Notes under the pieces: generated by a model | The model's database searches: none | What the model was told of the DNA's origin: nothing | What the model saw: only the letters and a program-made list of their open reading frames with translations | UHGV virus genome: UHGV-0285609 | Source of the DNA: a virus | Reading direction: 5' to 3' (one strand) | DNA length: 46,168 nucleotides | Position numbers and translations under genes: made by a program | Part shown: one piece after another, positions 27,464 through 37,257 of the stretch | How positions within the stretch are numbered: position 1 is the stretch's first letter | How the letters are laid out: each line of letters begins with the position of its first letter

Positions 27464-28408
27464 GTGGTGAAAACAATGGTCAAAAAAGTTACACTAACAA
27501 ATAGCGTAACAAAAGACAGTATTGTTATTGATTCAAAAGATGGTTATTATATCATTGATAAAATTGATTGGGATACACCTAGCGTAGAAATGTCAGCATA
27601 TAGAGTGCCTTACCAAATAGGGCAATCTTATGCTGGCTTAACAGTTGGAACAAGAAAACCAACTATAACTGGGTATGTTGTTGCTAAGGATGTAGAACAA
27701 GCAAACACATGGGAGCAATACTGGGAGAATTGTGAAACAGCAGTACAAGACAAAAAGGAAGAACTCGATAGAATGATTTCTATATACCAAGAAATTGTGA
27801 TTGAAGCAAATGGATTTTATTTAGATGCAAGACCAACAGCACCACCAAAATATTCTAATACCTATAAAGAAAACAATGAGGTTTTATGTAAGTTTATTTT
27901 GGAGTTTGAATGTTTCAATCCAATGTTTTATAAAGAAACAAAAACAATTAATTTTTCTGTTCTTGAAAACAAGTTCAAATTTCCGTTAACGATTCCTAAA
28001 ACAAAAGGAATAACAATGGGAGTAGAACATAGGCAGAAAATTATATTGTTTGAAAACAATGGTGATGTTCCAGCCGGTTGTATTATAAGAATGAAAGCAA
28101 TTAGTGATTTTCTGATAACACAGCAAGTAAACAGTATAACAGAGGATGCAAAAATTATATTTTCTTCTCTAAGTATGTCGGCTGGTGATGAAATTATTAT
28201 AAATACTAACACCGGAGAAGAAAGTGTTAAATTACGTACACAAGGCGGTGATGAAGCTTCTATTGTTGGAAATATGGAAGTTGGTTACAAGCTATTTAAA
28301 ATTCTTATAGGAAAAAACTATTATTCGTATGAAACACAGCCTAGTGATGGCGTTATGGATGTTAGTTTTGAATATAGAGAACAATATTTCAATATAAGGG
28401 GGATGTAG
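27464..28408 (+). CDS. distal tail protein (Dit) candidate
   Basis: Gene immediately after the tape measure; 314 aa. Confidence 0.5.
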   Translation: MVKTMVKKVTLTNSVTKDSIVIDSKDGYYIIDKIDWDTPSVEMSAYRVPYQIGQSYAGLTVGTRKPTITGYVVAKDVEQANTWEQYWENCETAVQDKKEELDRMISIYQEIVIEANGFYLDARPTAPPKYSNTYKENNEVLCKFILEFECFNPMFYKETKTINFSVLENKFKFPLTIPKTKGITMGVEHRQKIILFENNGDVPAGCIIRMKAISDFLITQQVNSITEDAKIIFSSLSMSAGDEIIINTNTGEESVKLRTQGGDEASIVGNMEVGYKLFKILIGKNYYSYETQPSDGVMDVSFEYREQYFNIRGM

Positions 28409-28412
28409 AATT

Positions 28413-29921
28413 ATGATAACAATATTAGATGATACAATGCGTATAGTTGACATTCTCCGTAAGTATGAACATTCGCAGTATGAGCTTAAGGCAAGAGAAA
28501 TAGGAACGTTCACAATTAATGCAATGCTCGATAAAGAAAACTTATATTTGATGAATAAAACAAAAAATTATTATGTTCTATTAGATGATGATGTTTTTGG
28601 AGTCATTGAGTCAGTAAAACGTGAAAGTGATAGTGAAGCAAGCAAAGTCTTTACTATAAAAGGTAGCCTTGCATTAAAACTGTTAGAATATAGAGTTATT
28701 AAAGGACAAGTGACATTTAAAGGAAAAAGTTATAAATACATTGAAGAGTTGGTAAAACAAAATCTTATAATGTCAGATGATGAAAATAGAAATGTTGCAC
28801 TTGTCGTTGAGTTTGAAGATGAAGAAAGATTAAAACAAATATGTAGCACAGTAGATAAACAAGTGACAGGTGGTTCATTGTGGGATGAAATTAGCGAGGT
28901 TGCAGAAGCGGACAAATTAAGAATCATATTAAAACCAAATGTTGGTGTTATTAATACAGAACACCCACAGAACATTGTTGGATGGACATTGATAATTGGA
29001 GCTGGTGAAGATAGAACAAGACATAGAGCGAACAATGCAGTTAGTTCTGTTATGTTCTCTCAATCATTAAGTAATATAGCAAACACAGATTACGCAACCG
29101 ATAGAAGTAAACTAAGAAATACAGTATATATCGCAGGAGAGGGAGAGGGAGCAGATAGAAAGTGGTACAACATAGATGTTAACTCGGATGTTACTTTTGG
29201 AGAGCGTACTGGCTGGAATAGAAGAGAATTGTGGGTTGATGCAAGAGACATTCAGAGCGAACAGGATAACAAAAAACTAACAGATGCAGAGTATGAAGAG
29301 CTTATGAAACAAAGGGCAGATGAAAAAGCCAAAGATAATGATTTGAGTGAAGAATATACAGCAACAGTTACAAACATTACAAAACAGTATACTTATAAAA
29401 CAGATTATAACATAGGAGATTTTGTTACCGTAGCAGATGAAGAGTTAGGAATGGAAATTGATGCACAGATTACAAATGTAATAGTGACAAGGCAAGGTGA
29501 TAGAGAAATTATAGATTTAGAGTTTACATATGGTTCAAGAATTAAGGATGCTGTAGATAAGTCAGAAACCGCAATAAAAAAGGTTGAGGAAAACAATGTT
29601 AATGTTAAATACATTGAAGCAAATACAAAGAAGTTAGAAACTGGATTTGATGGTGTTAAGAATGATGTTTTGTCACTTAAAATTTCGAAAACAGATGTTG
29701 TTGCGAAAAATATAGACCATCTTCCACAAGAAAATAAATCGTTTTTTGTTAATGCACACAGCAATGTTACTTTTCCAAGTGGTTTGACAATACCAGTTTA
29801 TTCGAAAGGTGTATTTGTAACAAATGGTGGACAAGATGGTGTGATAATTATGATAGATGTTTCAAATAATTTGTACATTGGTTTTAGAAATGGTGGTACA
29901 TGGAGTGGAAGAAAGATATAG
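28413..29921 (+). CDS. tail-associated lysin / baseplate hub (Tal) candidate
   Basis: Second gene after the tape measure; 502 aa. Confidence 0.5.
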   Translation: MITILDDTMRIVDILRKYEHSQYELKAREIGTFTINAMLDKENLYLMNKTKNYYVLLDDDVFGVIESVKRESDSEASKVFTIKGSLALKLLEYRVIKGQVTFKGKSYKYIEELVKQNLIMSDDENRNVALVVEFEDEERLKQICSTVDKQVTGGSLWDEISEVAEADKLRIILKPNVGVINTEHPQNIVGWTLIIGAGEDRTRHRANNAVSSVMFSQSLSNIANTDYATDRSKLRNTVYIAGEGEGADRKWYNIDVNSDVTFGERTGWNRRELWVDARDIQSEQDNKKLTDAEYEELMKQRADEKAKDNDLSEEYTATVTNITKQYTYKTDYNIGDFVTVADEELGMEIDAQITNVIVTRQGDREIIDLEFTYGSRIKDAVDKSETAIKKVEENNVNVKYIEANTKKLETGFDGVKNDVLSLKISKTDVVAKNIDHLPQENKSFFVNAHSNVTFPSGLTIPVYSKGVFVTNGGQDGVIIMIDVSNNLYIGFRNGGTWSGRKI

Positions 29922-29945
29922 AATAATTGAAAGGAGTGATTTGCT

Positions 29946-30656
29946 GTGGCAGAAAAGTATGGTTTTTTTAACGCAGTTGAAACAAGTAGCGGAGTTTATG
30001 ATAGAACATATAATGCAGAAGATTTTGCAAGCTATTTTTCAAAGTTTATCAGCAATGGTGTTTTTATAAACCCGACAGATGGATTAAAAGTCTCAATTCA
30101 GAGCGGATTGAAAGTAACAGTAAAAGCTGGAAGTGCATACATAGATGGATACTATTATGAACTAACAGAAAATAAAACACTAACAATTCCAATTAATAGT
30201 TCATCATATGTACAGGAAGATTCGATTGTTGTTAGGCTCGACAAAGTAAACAGAAAAATGTCACTTGAGTTAAAACAAAATGATGTAAGTGTTTCGAGAA
30301 CATCAACAGTTAAGGAGCTGCAATTAGCAACAATAAGAAAGCCTGTTGGTGCGACAAACTTAAGTGCGTCAGATGTAACAGATATGCGACCATATAATGA
30401 GGCGTGTGGATTTGTAACAGGAGTTGTTCAGCAGATAAGCACATCTGATTTGTTTTCACAGTTTACGGCAATGTTTAACGAATGGTTTGATGGAATTAAG
30501 GGTCAGCTTGGACAGGATGTTGCAACGAGCTTACAAAATCAAATTAATGAGATTAATACAAAGATAAATGCAATGCCTACAATTAGACAGGGAACGTCAG
30601 CACCAAGTGATTCAACAGGAAAAGACGGAGATATTTATATCCGCATAACAGAGTAG
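29946..30656 (+). CDS. tail fibre or baseplate protein candidate (GTG start)
   Basis: AGGAG RBS then GTG 29946. Position in the tail-tip cluster. Confidence 0.4.
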   Translation: MAEKYGFFNAVETSSGVYDRTYNAEDFASYFSKFISNGVFINPTDGLKVSIQSGLKVTVKAGSAYIDGYYYELTENKTLTIPINSSSYVQEDSIVVRLDKVNRKMSLELKQNDVSVSRTSTVKELQLATIRKPVGATNLSASDVTDMRPYNEACGFVTGVVQQISTSDLFSQFTAMFNEWFDGIKGQLGQDVATSLQNQINEINTKINAMPTIRQGTSAPSDSTGKDGDIYIRITE

Positions 30657-30668
30657 GAGGTGTAACAA

Positions 30669-31664
30669 ATGTCAGCACCAAGTGGTACACAATGGAGTTC
30701 AGCATCCATAGGAACATCTTACCAAGGTTGTATAGGATTGTATGTTACAACTTCGAGCAGTAAAATGCAAACAACAGTAACAGTGCAAGTATGGTATTGG
30801 TCGCAGTATTCATGTCAAGATAGTTCTAATATGTTTTATTTTGACTGGGGTAGTTCAGCAAGTTCAAGTATTGGAAGTAGAAGCATTAATACAAGTTCTG
30901 GACATAGCTGGGATACAGCAAACCAAGTTTTAATCGGAACATACAGTAAAACATACAATAGAGGAACATCTAGTTCTATTGGTACATGCTCTGCTAGGTT
31001 TACAGGAATCGAATATGGTGGAGGAAACTCATACACAGCAAGTGTAAACTTTACAATTCCGGCAATAGACAGATATACAATTACTTATTATGGAAACGGT
31101 GGTCTGTGGAATCAAAAGGACAGATGGTCAGAGCAAGTTTATTATGGTTCGAGTTATGTTACGCAAGAAAACTTTTTTACAAGAAATGGTTATGTGTTTA
31201 AAGGTTGGAGGGAAAGTAACGGAACAGACTGGACTCCGTACATTGGAAAGCCATGGGTATGGTCGTATGAAAGAAATGCAGACTTATATGCAGTGTGGGA
31301 GAGAATAAGCTGTGTAATTAATTTTGATGCAAAATCAAATGGAGGAACAGTTAGTGGTTCTGATTCCGTTGTAAGAATGGTTTATTATGGAGACAGACTA
31401 GGTTCATTGCCAACAGCAGAAAGAGCTAATTATAAGTTTCTAGGATGGAACACAAATCAAAATGGAAGTGGTTCATATATTGAAGAAACGAACATAATAA
31501 CAGCAAACATGACATTGTATGCAATATTTAAGTTACAAGCAAATTGTTACACAAAACAAGGTAGCAAATACAAAACTGGTATGATGTATAGAAAAGATGG
31601 AAAATACAGTACAGGAATTGTAAAAGTAAAAGTAAATGGAAAATATAAAGATGCAACAATTTAA
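30669..31664 (+). CDS. receptor-binding / tail fibre protein with two Listeria-Bacteroides (InlB B-repeat) domains
   Basis: Two copies of the pattern Y-x-I/V-x-F/Y...NGG...GY-x-F-x-GW...LYA-x-W/F (YTITYYGNGG...GYVFKGW...LYAVWE and CVINFDAKSNGG...YKFLGWN...LYAIFK). S/T/G/Y-rich N-terminus. Confidence 0.55.
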   Translation: MSAPSGTQWSSASIGTSYQGCIGLYVTTSSSKMQTTVTVQVWYWSQYSCQDSSNMFYFDWGSSASSSIGSRSINTSSGHSWDTANQVLIGTYSKTYNRGTSSSIGTCSARFTGIEYGGGNSYTASVNFTIPAIDRYTITYYGNGGLWNQKDRWSEQVYYGSSYVTQENFFTRNGYVFKGWRESNGTDWTPYIGKPWVWSYERNADLYAVWERISCVINFDAKSNGGTVSGSDSVVRMVYYGDRLGSLPTAERANYKFLGWNTNQNGSGSYIEETNIITANMTLYAIFKLQANCYTKQGSKYKTGMMYRKDGKYSTGIVKVKVNGKYKDATI

Positions 31665-31679
31665 GGAAGTGAAACAAAC

Positions 31680-31835
31680 ATGGAAGAGTTTAGCGAAGTT
31701 CTGATAGATGTACAGAAAGAGTATAAACGCTCTAACAAACTAAAAGATATTATAATTATCATTCTAATTGTTTTAATGTTTTTGCAATCAGCATTTAGCT
31801 TTGGTTGTTTTGTTTGGTATGAATCGCAATTTTAA
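31680..31835 (+). CDS. small membrane protein (51 aa)
   Basis: AAGGAAG RBS. TM helix IIIIILIVLMFLQSAFSFGCFVW. Not in the track. Confidence 0.3.
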   Translation: MEEFSEVLIDVQKEYKRSNKLKDIIIIILIVLMFLQSAFSFGCFVWYESQF

Positions 31836-31978
31836 TATTATGACACAGCACAGGAAGAAAATACAAAAGATGTTGATATTGAAACAAGTGGAGATAGTGC
31901 GAATGCAGAATACAATGACGTAAGCGGAAATCAATATAATGATAATGCGGTTCATAACCAAGGTGGTGAGAATTAAAG

Positions 31979-32125
31979 ATGGCGAAAGCAAGCATACATG
32001 TAACAAAAACAAGAACGATAACAAGAACAAAGGTTAAAGTTCCGAAGAATGGAAATAGACAAGGTGGAAATTCAAAGAGGTGTCCAGTATGCGGGAAATT
32101 TATGGGAAGTGGTAAGCATGGATAA
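31979..32125 (+). CDS. small basic zinc-ribbon protein (48 aa; CPVCGKF)
   Basis: Short ORF, not in the track. Confidence 0.25.
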   Translation: MAKASIHVTKTRTITRTKVKVPKNGNRQGGNSKRCPVCGKFMGSGKHG

Positions 32126-32188
32126 AAAGAACGCAGAAACTAGGACGAAACTAAAGGACATAAGTTCTGTAAAAGAGTTGGTGATTTG

Positions 32189-32350
32189 ATGGAACAAACA
32201 ATGTTAAGTGAAGAAGAAAAGAAGATTTTATGGATGCATTATAAGGAAAAGAAAACTTTGCAATGTATAGCGGATGAAATTGGTTTATCAGAAATTGCAG
32301 TTAAAAAGAAACATAGAAAGATGCTTATGAAAATAGGCAGAATGATTTAA
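32189..32350 (+). CDS. small HTH protein resembling sigma-70 region 4 (53 aa); candidate late-transcription regulator
   Basis: LSEEEKKILWMHYKEKKTLQCIADEIGLSEIAVKKKHRKML resembles sigma region 4.2. Followed directly by a strong terminator. Confidence 0.35.
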   Translation: MEQTMLSEEEKKILWMHYKEKKTLQCIADEIGLSEIAVKKKHRKMLMKIGRMI

Positions 32351-32351
32351 G

Positions 32352-32376
32352 GGAGTGCGAAAGCACTCCTTTTTTA
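32352..32376 (+). terminator. rho-independent terminator ggagtgc-gaaa-gcactcc plus T6
   Basis: Perfect 7-bp stem, GNRA-like loop, TTTTTT. Confidence 0.7.
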
Positions 32377-32470
32377 TTGCACATATTCTTTAAGGTTATT
32401 CCTAGTATACTTTGTTTATATTTCAAAATGTGAAAAGTATGATATATTAAAAGCATGAAAGGAGTGGTGA

Positions 32471-32893
32471 TTGATGTACAATTATACAGGGTATGGAATG
32501 AATCCATATCAGCAACAATTAACACAAAATAGAATTGCACAGATGGAACAGCAATATAATTACCAACAACCATATATGCAGAATCAGAGTCAAACACAGA
32601 GAAGCATTGATTCTGTAAGATATGAGAATGCAAAAAATACTTGTGATATTGTGAACGCTATTAAAGCAGATGGTGATGCAACAAGAGCATTAATGACACA
32701 GAATGAGATTCAGAGCTTACGTGACCAGTTACAGACAGCAAACTTCCAGCTGAGTCAGCAGGCACAGAACGCAACACTGATTTCAACGTTAAGACCAACA
32801 CCAATTCCAGCATATCAGACTTGTAGTCCATATGAAAGCGCACAGTTGTTTTCACATTATGGAACAGCTTGTAATAATGGATGCGGATGCTAA
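32471..32893 (+). CDS. Q/N-rich protein with C-terminal CNNGCGC
   Basis: N-terminal YNYQQPYMQNQSQTQ low-complexity region. Confidence 0.4.
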   Translation: MMYNYTGYGMNPYQQQLTQNRIAQMEQQYNYQQPYMQNQSQTQRSIDSVRYENAKNTCDIVNAIKADGDATRALMTQNEIQSLRDQLQTANFQLSQQAQNATLISTLRPTPIPAYQTCSPYESAQLFSHYGTACNNGCGC

Positions 32894-32946
32894 AGCGTTT
32901 ATTTGATGATTTAAGAAACTTTCCGCTTATGCGTGATATATTTGTA

Positions 32947-32976
32947 GGGGCGGCATAAAAACCGCCCTATTCGTTT
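32947..32976 (+). terminator. GC-rich hairpin ggggcgg-cataaaaa-ccgccc plus T-rich tail
   Basis: Unusually GC-rich stem for this genome, after the 32893 stop. Confidence 0.5.
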
Positions 32977-33006
32977 AATTAGAAGTATTAGAAAGGGTGA
33001 TATAAA

Positions 33007-33297
33007 ATGGCATGTAGTTTATACAATAATAATGGATATGGATGCGGTGGATGTATTCATTTTGTGAAAACAAATAGTGTAACAGTACAGGATGGTGTTT
33101 TGATTCTGAATATTCCACAGGCAACTTATAGCAACAAAGAAAAAGTATGTATCTGTATAGCACAAGTAATTCCGACAGTAACAAGTGCAGAAACGGTAGC
33201 TATAACAATAGGGACAGGAACAGCAACCATACATGGGAACACAAAGAAACAAACGTATGCAAGAAAACATTGCAGAAGAAGTGTACGTAAAACTTGA
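33007..33297 (+). CDS. small Cys/Gly-rich protein (NNNGYGCGGC N-terminus)
   Basis: ORF with AAAGGGTG RBS. Confidence 0.4.
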   Translation: MACSLYNNNGYGCGGCIHFVKTNSVTVQDGVLILNIPQATYSNKEKVCICIAQVIPTVTSAETVAITIGTGTATIHGNTKKQTYARKHCRRSVRKT

Positions 33298-33694
33298 TGA
33301 ACACATGCAGAAAGCATTAAGTTTCCATGAACAGCTTGCAGATTATTTTTGCTTCCTTGGTTTACAGGGATTCAAAAGAAAGCTAGAATGTCAGTATATG
33401 GATGAATGTGTAAGCAAAAGAAAGCTTCATCATAAATATATAAATCTTCATCAGAAGTTAATTCCATTAAGGGGAGCAGATGCAGATTACATTTCAAAAC
33501 TCATACAGGATGTAACAAAAGAGCTAAAAGAAATAAACAGAATGTGCGAACAGCTTAATGGAACAGGCTATGATGTAATAGCAATTCACAGCGTACAGGA
33601 TAAATACCACAACAAGTATAAGAACAAATACAATGATACTTATACAGATAAGTGGAAGAAGAAAGAAACAAAACATAATAAAACAAATAAATAA
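33257..33694 (+). CDS. hypothetical protein with K/N/Y-rich C-terminal tail (start uncertain: 33233, 33257 or 33305)
   Basis: ORF overlapping the previous gene in another frame. Confidence 0.35.
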   Translation: MQENIAEEVYVKLDEHMQKALSFHEQLADYFCFLGLQGFKRKLECQYMDECVSKRKLHHKYINLHQKLIPLRGADADYISKLIQDVTKELKEINRMCEQLNGTGYDVIAIHSVQDKYHNKYKNKYNDTYTDKWKKKETKHNKTNK

Positions 33695-33702
33695 AACAAA
33701 AA

Positions 33703-33765
33703 GGCTATATATTATATATAATATAATTAATATATTTATATATTTTATATAGCTTTATTTATTTT
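33703..33765 (+). terminator. long AT-rich hairpin (ggctatata...tatatagct) followed by T-rich run
   Basis: Inverted repeat 33703-33753 then tttatttatttt. Confidence 0.4.
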
Positions 33766-33786
33766 AAAATATTTTATAAAAAGGTG

Positions 33787-33814
33787 TTGACTTTTGTTTT
33801 ATATATGTTATAAT
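33787..33814 (+). promoter_or_regulatory. consensus sigma70 promoter TTGACT-16-TATAAT
   Basis: ttgact 33787-33792, tataat 33809-33814. Confidence 0.55.
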
Positions 33815-33875
33815 AAAATCAAGTTAAAGGTAAACAGTTAATAAAGAAAACAAAACAAACTAGGAGGAAGAACAA

Positions 33876-34190
33876 ATGGTAGCATATGTAGGTGTAATCG
33901 AGAGAGAAGATACAATAACGATTGATGGTTATACTTCAAACAAAACAGAAAAAGGAATTGTAAAGGATGTTGCAAGAGTAGTTAGAAAGTATAGCGAAAG
34001 CGAAGCAGATTGTTTGCTTGAAACAATTAAATGTGGAGAAACTCCATTTTTAAATGCAACAGATAGTTGTGGAGGATATTTCTTTGAGTATGAAGAGTGT
34101 CATTGTGCTACAAAATATAATGAGGAAACAGATGAAGTAGAATATAGAGATGGATTTAACAATTATTTCTGTATAAGAATTGTAAAATAG
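33876..34190 (+). CDS. hypothetical protein
   Basis: ORF with AGGAGGA RBS. Confidence 0.45.
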   Translation: MVAYVGVIEREDTITIDGYTSNKTEKGIVKDVARVVRKYSESEADCLLETIKCGETPFLNATDSCGGYFFEYEECHCATKYNEETDEVEYRDGFNNYFCIRIVK

Positions 34191-34193
34191 TTG

Positions 34194-34222
34194 TTGACAA
34201 CATTCAAAACATATGTTAATAT
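34194..34222 (+). promoter_or_regulatory. consensus sigma70 promoter TTGACA-17-TAATAT
   Basis: ttgaca 34194-34199, taatat 34217-34222. Confidence 0.5.
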
Positions 34223-34264
34223 AGTTTTAGAAACAAGAGAGAACAAATTGGGAGGAAAACAAAA

Positions 34265-34462
34265 ATGGTAAAATATGCAGAATTTGAAACAATCGTATTA
34301 GCGACATACAGAAGAGGATTAGTTAGTTTTGAGGAAGCAGAAAACAAGTTGTATGGATATCTGAAATGTATGACAGATACAGGAGCAATAAGAGAACATA
34401 GAGCAAGCGAAGAGTTCCAAAAGGCAGTAAAGAAACTGTTAGATATTTCAGAAAGGAGATAA
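34265..34462 (+). CDS. hypothetical protein
   Basis: ORF with GGGAGGA RBS. Confidence 0.45.
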   Translation: MVKYAEFETIVLATYRRGLVSFEEAENKLYGYLKCMTDTGAIREHRASEEFQKAVKKLLDISERR

Positions 34463-34468
34463 AACAAA

Positions 34469-34660
34469 ATGACATCATACAATTATAGAAAGCTACAGAG
34501 AAAAGTTAGAAGAAAGGTAAGAACGTTTAAGAGAGCGTTCAAAACATTTTGGAAAGAGTGGGGCATAACAAAACAAGATTTCAATGATATTATAGCTTGT
34601 CTATCATTGTTTGGAATGATTTATATGTTATCAGTGATTTGCATAATTATTTTAAAATAA
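34469..34660 (+). CDS. small protein with basic N-terminus and C-terminal TM helix
   Basis: ORF with AAAGGAGA RBS. Confidence 0.4.
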   Translation: MTSYNYRKLQRKVRRKVRTFKRAFKTFWKEWGITKQDFNDIIACLSLFGMIYMLSVICIIILK

Positions 34661-34663
34661 ACA

Positions 34664-34692
34664 TTGACAAAGAAAAAGCAAAGTGATATAAT
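34664..34692 (+). promoter_or_regulatory. consensus sigma70 promoter TTGACA-17-TATAAT
   Basis: ttgaca 34664-34669, tataat 34687-34692. Confidence 0.55.
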
Positions 34693-34724
34693 TAAGACAT
34701 AAAAAGAAAAGGAGAACAAAACAA

Positions 34725-35399
34725 ATGAGATTTGAGGAAATGAAAGTTGCAGAGTTAAAACAGGAGTCAAGAAACAGAGGGCTCACATTGGAAAGTAAAG
34801 GACATAAGTTCACAAAACGGGAGTTGGTTGACAGACTTAATGCTTATGAGAATGAAACTGATGAAGCGTGGGTTGAAACAAAAAGCAAAACAAAAGTAGA
34901 AAAACAACCAGCACCAAGCAATGAAGATTATGAATCATGGGTTGAGACAAAAGGATTTGAAACAGAGACACTTGAAACAGAAGAGGTTAAAACAAGTACA
35001 GAGGAAACAGAAGAAAGAAAATTTGCAACACTTGAAGAAATCGAAATGAAATATGGCTCAAGAAAAGAACAGCGTATTTATGATAATGTTTTACAGGTAG
35101 GATGCATGATTTGTTATGTTAGATTTATTGAAACAAAACATGGGAAACTGTTGAAGAAGTTAGGAACGGCAAAAGTTGTAGGAGTAAATAGAAAAAAGGA
35201 GCTAGTAAGAGTACAGACACCAGTTGGAGAAGAGAAAGAATTAACATTTGATGAACTTATTTTCATTCGTGATGTAAATGTCAGAACATATCCAAAGGAC
35301 ATCAATTCAGTATTATATGCACAGAGACAGGCAGTAAAAGAATACAAAGAAAGGACAGGCAAGAAGAATGAATACAGCACAGATAGAACAGAGCGTTAG
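34725..35399 (+). CDS. protein with N-terminal Rho-N/SAP-like HeH motif
   Basis: VAELKQESRNRGLTLESKGHKFTKRELVDRL. Confidence 0.45.
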   Translation: MRFEEMKVAELKQESRNRGLTLESKGHKFTKRELVDRLNAYENETDEAWVETKSKTKVEKQPAPSNEDYESWVETKGFETETLETEEVKTSTEETEERKFATLEEIEMKYGSRKEQRIYDNVLQVGCMICYVRFIETKHGKLLKKLGTAKVVGVNRKKELVRVQTPVGEEKELTFDELIFIRDVNVRTYPKDINSVLYAQRQAVKEYKERTGKKNEYSTDRTER

Positions 35400-35904
35400 A
35401 AGATTATACGAAGCGCAACAAGAAAAAAAGAAGTTTGACGAATACTACAATAACGTCAGAAAGAAAGAACAACTCGCAGTTACAAACTTCATGTTTACTA
35501 ATCTTCCAAAAGGAGAAGAAACTTTTGACATTGAGTTAAAAGATGGAATGAACTATTATACAAACCATGTGAAACTTAAGGTAACAAAAGTTAGAAGAAA
35601 GAAGCTGACATGGAAGTTTGAAAAGTTAAAACAAAATATTTCAAAACAGTTGTACAAAGAAGTAGTAAACAAAACATACAAAGTAAATGATATGGATGGA
35701 CTTATTAAGTATCTGAAACAATGTGGAGTAGATGCAAAGAAGTTCAAAAAGTTCATTGATGTTGAGGAAACAATGGATGAAACAAAACTTGATAGAATGT
35801 ATGAAACAGGAAAGATAAGCAAAGAGGACAAAGCGCAGTTAGGAAAATGCTGTGATGTTGAAATATCAGAGCCATATATTAAGATAACAGAACAGAAAGG
35901 CTAG
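35368..35904 (+). CDS. hypothetical protein
   Basis: ORF overlapping the upstream gene end. Confidence 0.4.
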   Translation: MNTAQIEQSVRRLYEAQQEKKKFDEYYNNVRKKEQLAVTNFMFTNLPKGEETFDIELKDGMNYYTNHVKLKVTKVRRKKLTWKFEKLKQNISKQLYKEVVNKTYKVNDMDGLIKYLKQCGVDAKKFKKFIDVEETMDETKLDRMYETGKISKEDKAQLGKCCDVEISEPYIKITEQKG

Positions 35905-35914
35905 AATAAAATGC

Positions 35915-36877
35915 ATGATAAGAACATATGGAGGAAAGGAACTTGCGAAAGTATTAATCTATTATGGAATCATTGAAGAGGTAACAACAACAGAGTTTAA
36001 TATCATATGTCCTTTCCATGATGATATAAACCCATCAATGCGAATCTGCTTGGATGATGGAACATTTTTTTGTTTTGGTTGTGAAGCAAAAGGAAATGCA
36101 TTAGATTTTGTTATGAAAGCACATCCAGAATTAAACGATTTACAGGCATGTTGTTTGTTAGAACAAATATTACATAGTGATAAAATAGAAAAGCTACAGA
36201 TAAAGGTCAAAAGAAAGCGTAAGAAACAAAGCAAGCAGGCATTGATTGAAGCAAAGGATTATTACTATGGATTAAAAACAACAGATTGGAATAAAGCAGA
36301 CAGCAAGGACGAAAAAAAAATAATTGAATACATGAAGAAACGTGGATTCAGTAAACGTGCGCTGAATGTTTCAAAGTGTAAATATAATTATAATGTTGCC
36401 TATCCATTTATATTTCCAATATTAGACAATGGGAAGTTTATGGGATGGGTAGGAAGAACAATGAACCTTCATGTTGAAAAGAAAAGAAAGTATTTATACA
36501 ATGAGGGATTCAGAAAGCGTGACACATTATGCGGAACATATGAAGAAAATTGCATTCCATATATATGTGAGGGATTCATGGATTATTTAAGCCTTAAAAC
36601 AAGAGGACATATAAAAAATGTTGTTGCAATATTAGGCTGGCATATATCAGATGAACAAGTGAACAAATTAAAACAAAAAGGAATTACAACGGTTATATCT
36701 GCATTGGATAATGACGAATGCGGAATAAAAGGGACAGAGTATTTAAAGCGGTTTTTTAATGTTATACGCTTTGATTATCCAGCCAATAAAAAGGATGTGG
36801 GGGAAATGTCAGAGGAAGAAATAAAAGCCGCTAAACAGCGTTCTAGGAGGGTCAGAAAGCATGGTATTGAAATATAA
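35915..36877 (+). CDS. DNA primase (DnaG-like: CHC2 zinc finger + TOPRIM)
   Basis: CPFHDDINPSMRI...FFCFGCEAKGNALDF zinc-finger motif. TOPRIM-like CEGFMDYLSL and ISALDNDECG (DxD). Confidence 0.75.
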   Translation: MIRTYGGKELAKVLIYYGIIEEVTTTEFNIICPFHDDINPSMRICLDDGTFFCFGCEAKGNALDFVMKAHPELNDLQACCLLEQILHSDKIEKLQIKVKRKRKKQSKQALIEAKDYYYGLKTTDWNKADSKDEKKIIEYMKKRGFSKRALNVSKCKYNYNVAYPFIFPILDNGKFMGWVGRTMNLHVEKKRKYLYNEGFRKRDTLCGTYEENCIPYICEGFMDYLSLKTRGHIKNVVAILGWHISDEQVNKLKQKGITTVISALDNDECGIKGTEYLKRFFNVIRFDYPANKKDVGEMSEEEIKAAKQRSRRVRKHGIEI

Positions 36878-37244
36878 AGTAACTTGTAAAATGAATTTAT
36901 ATCATAAAGATACGCTTGAAAAATTAACGATTGACAGAGTTGTACAAGGAGAGTATAATGAAGAAAGTGAAGAGTACAAACTGATTTGTAGTGAATATGA
37001 AACAAAATTTGGATTTATGCGTGACGAAGATAAGGCAAGTTTTGATGAAATGCTTTTAACAGAAATTGTAAAACAAGCAAAACGAACAATGAAAGATTCT
37101 GTTAATAGAATAGTTCAAGTGATAAAACAATGTTATCTTGAAGATGCAAATGCAGTTATAGAGTTTGGCGGTTATATCATAAATCCAAAACAGTTTTGTG
37201 CGGTAGAAATTGGTGAGTATAAAACAAATATATCAAAAGAATAA
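36861..37244 (+). CDS. hypothetical protein
   Basis: GGAGGG RBS; overlaps the primase stop. Confidence 0.4.
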   Translation: MVLKYKVTCKMNLYHKDTLEKLTIDRVVQGEYNEESEEYKLICSEYETKFGFMRDEDKASFDEMLLTEIVKQAKRTMKDSVNRIVQVIKQCYLEDANAVIEFGGYIINPKQFCAVEIGEYKTNISKE

Positions 37245-37257
37245 AAGGAGAAACAAC

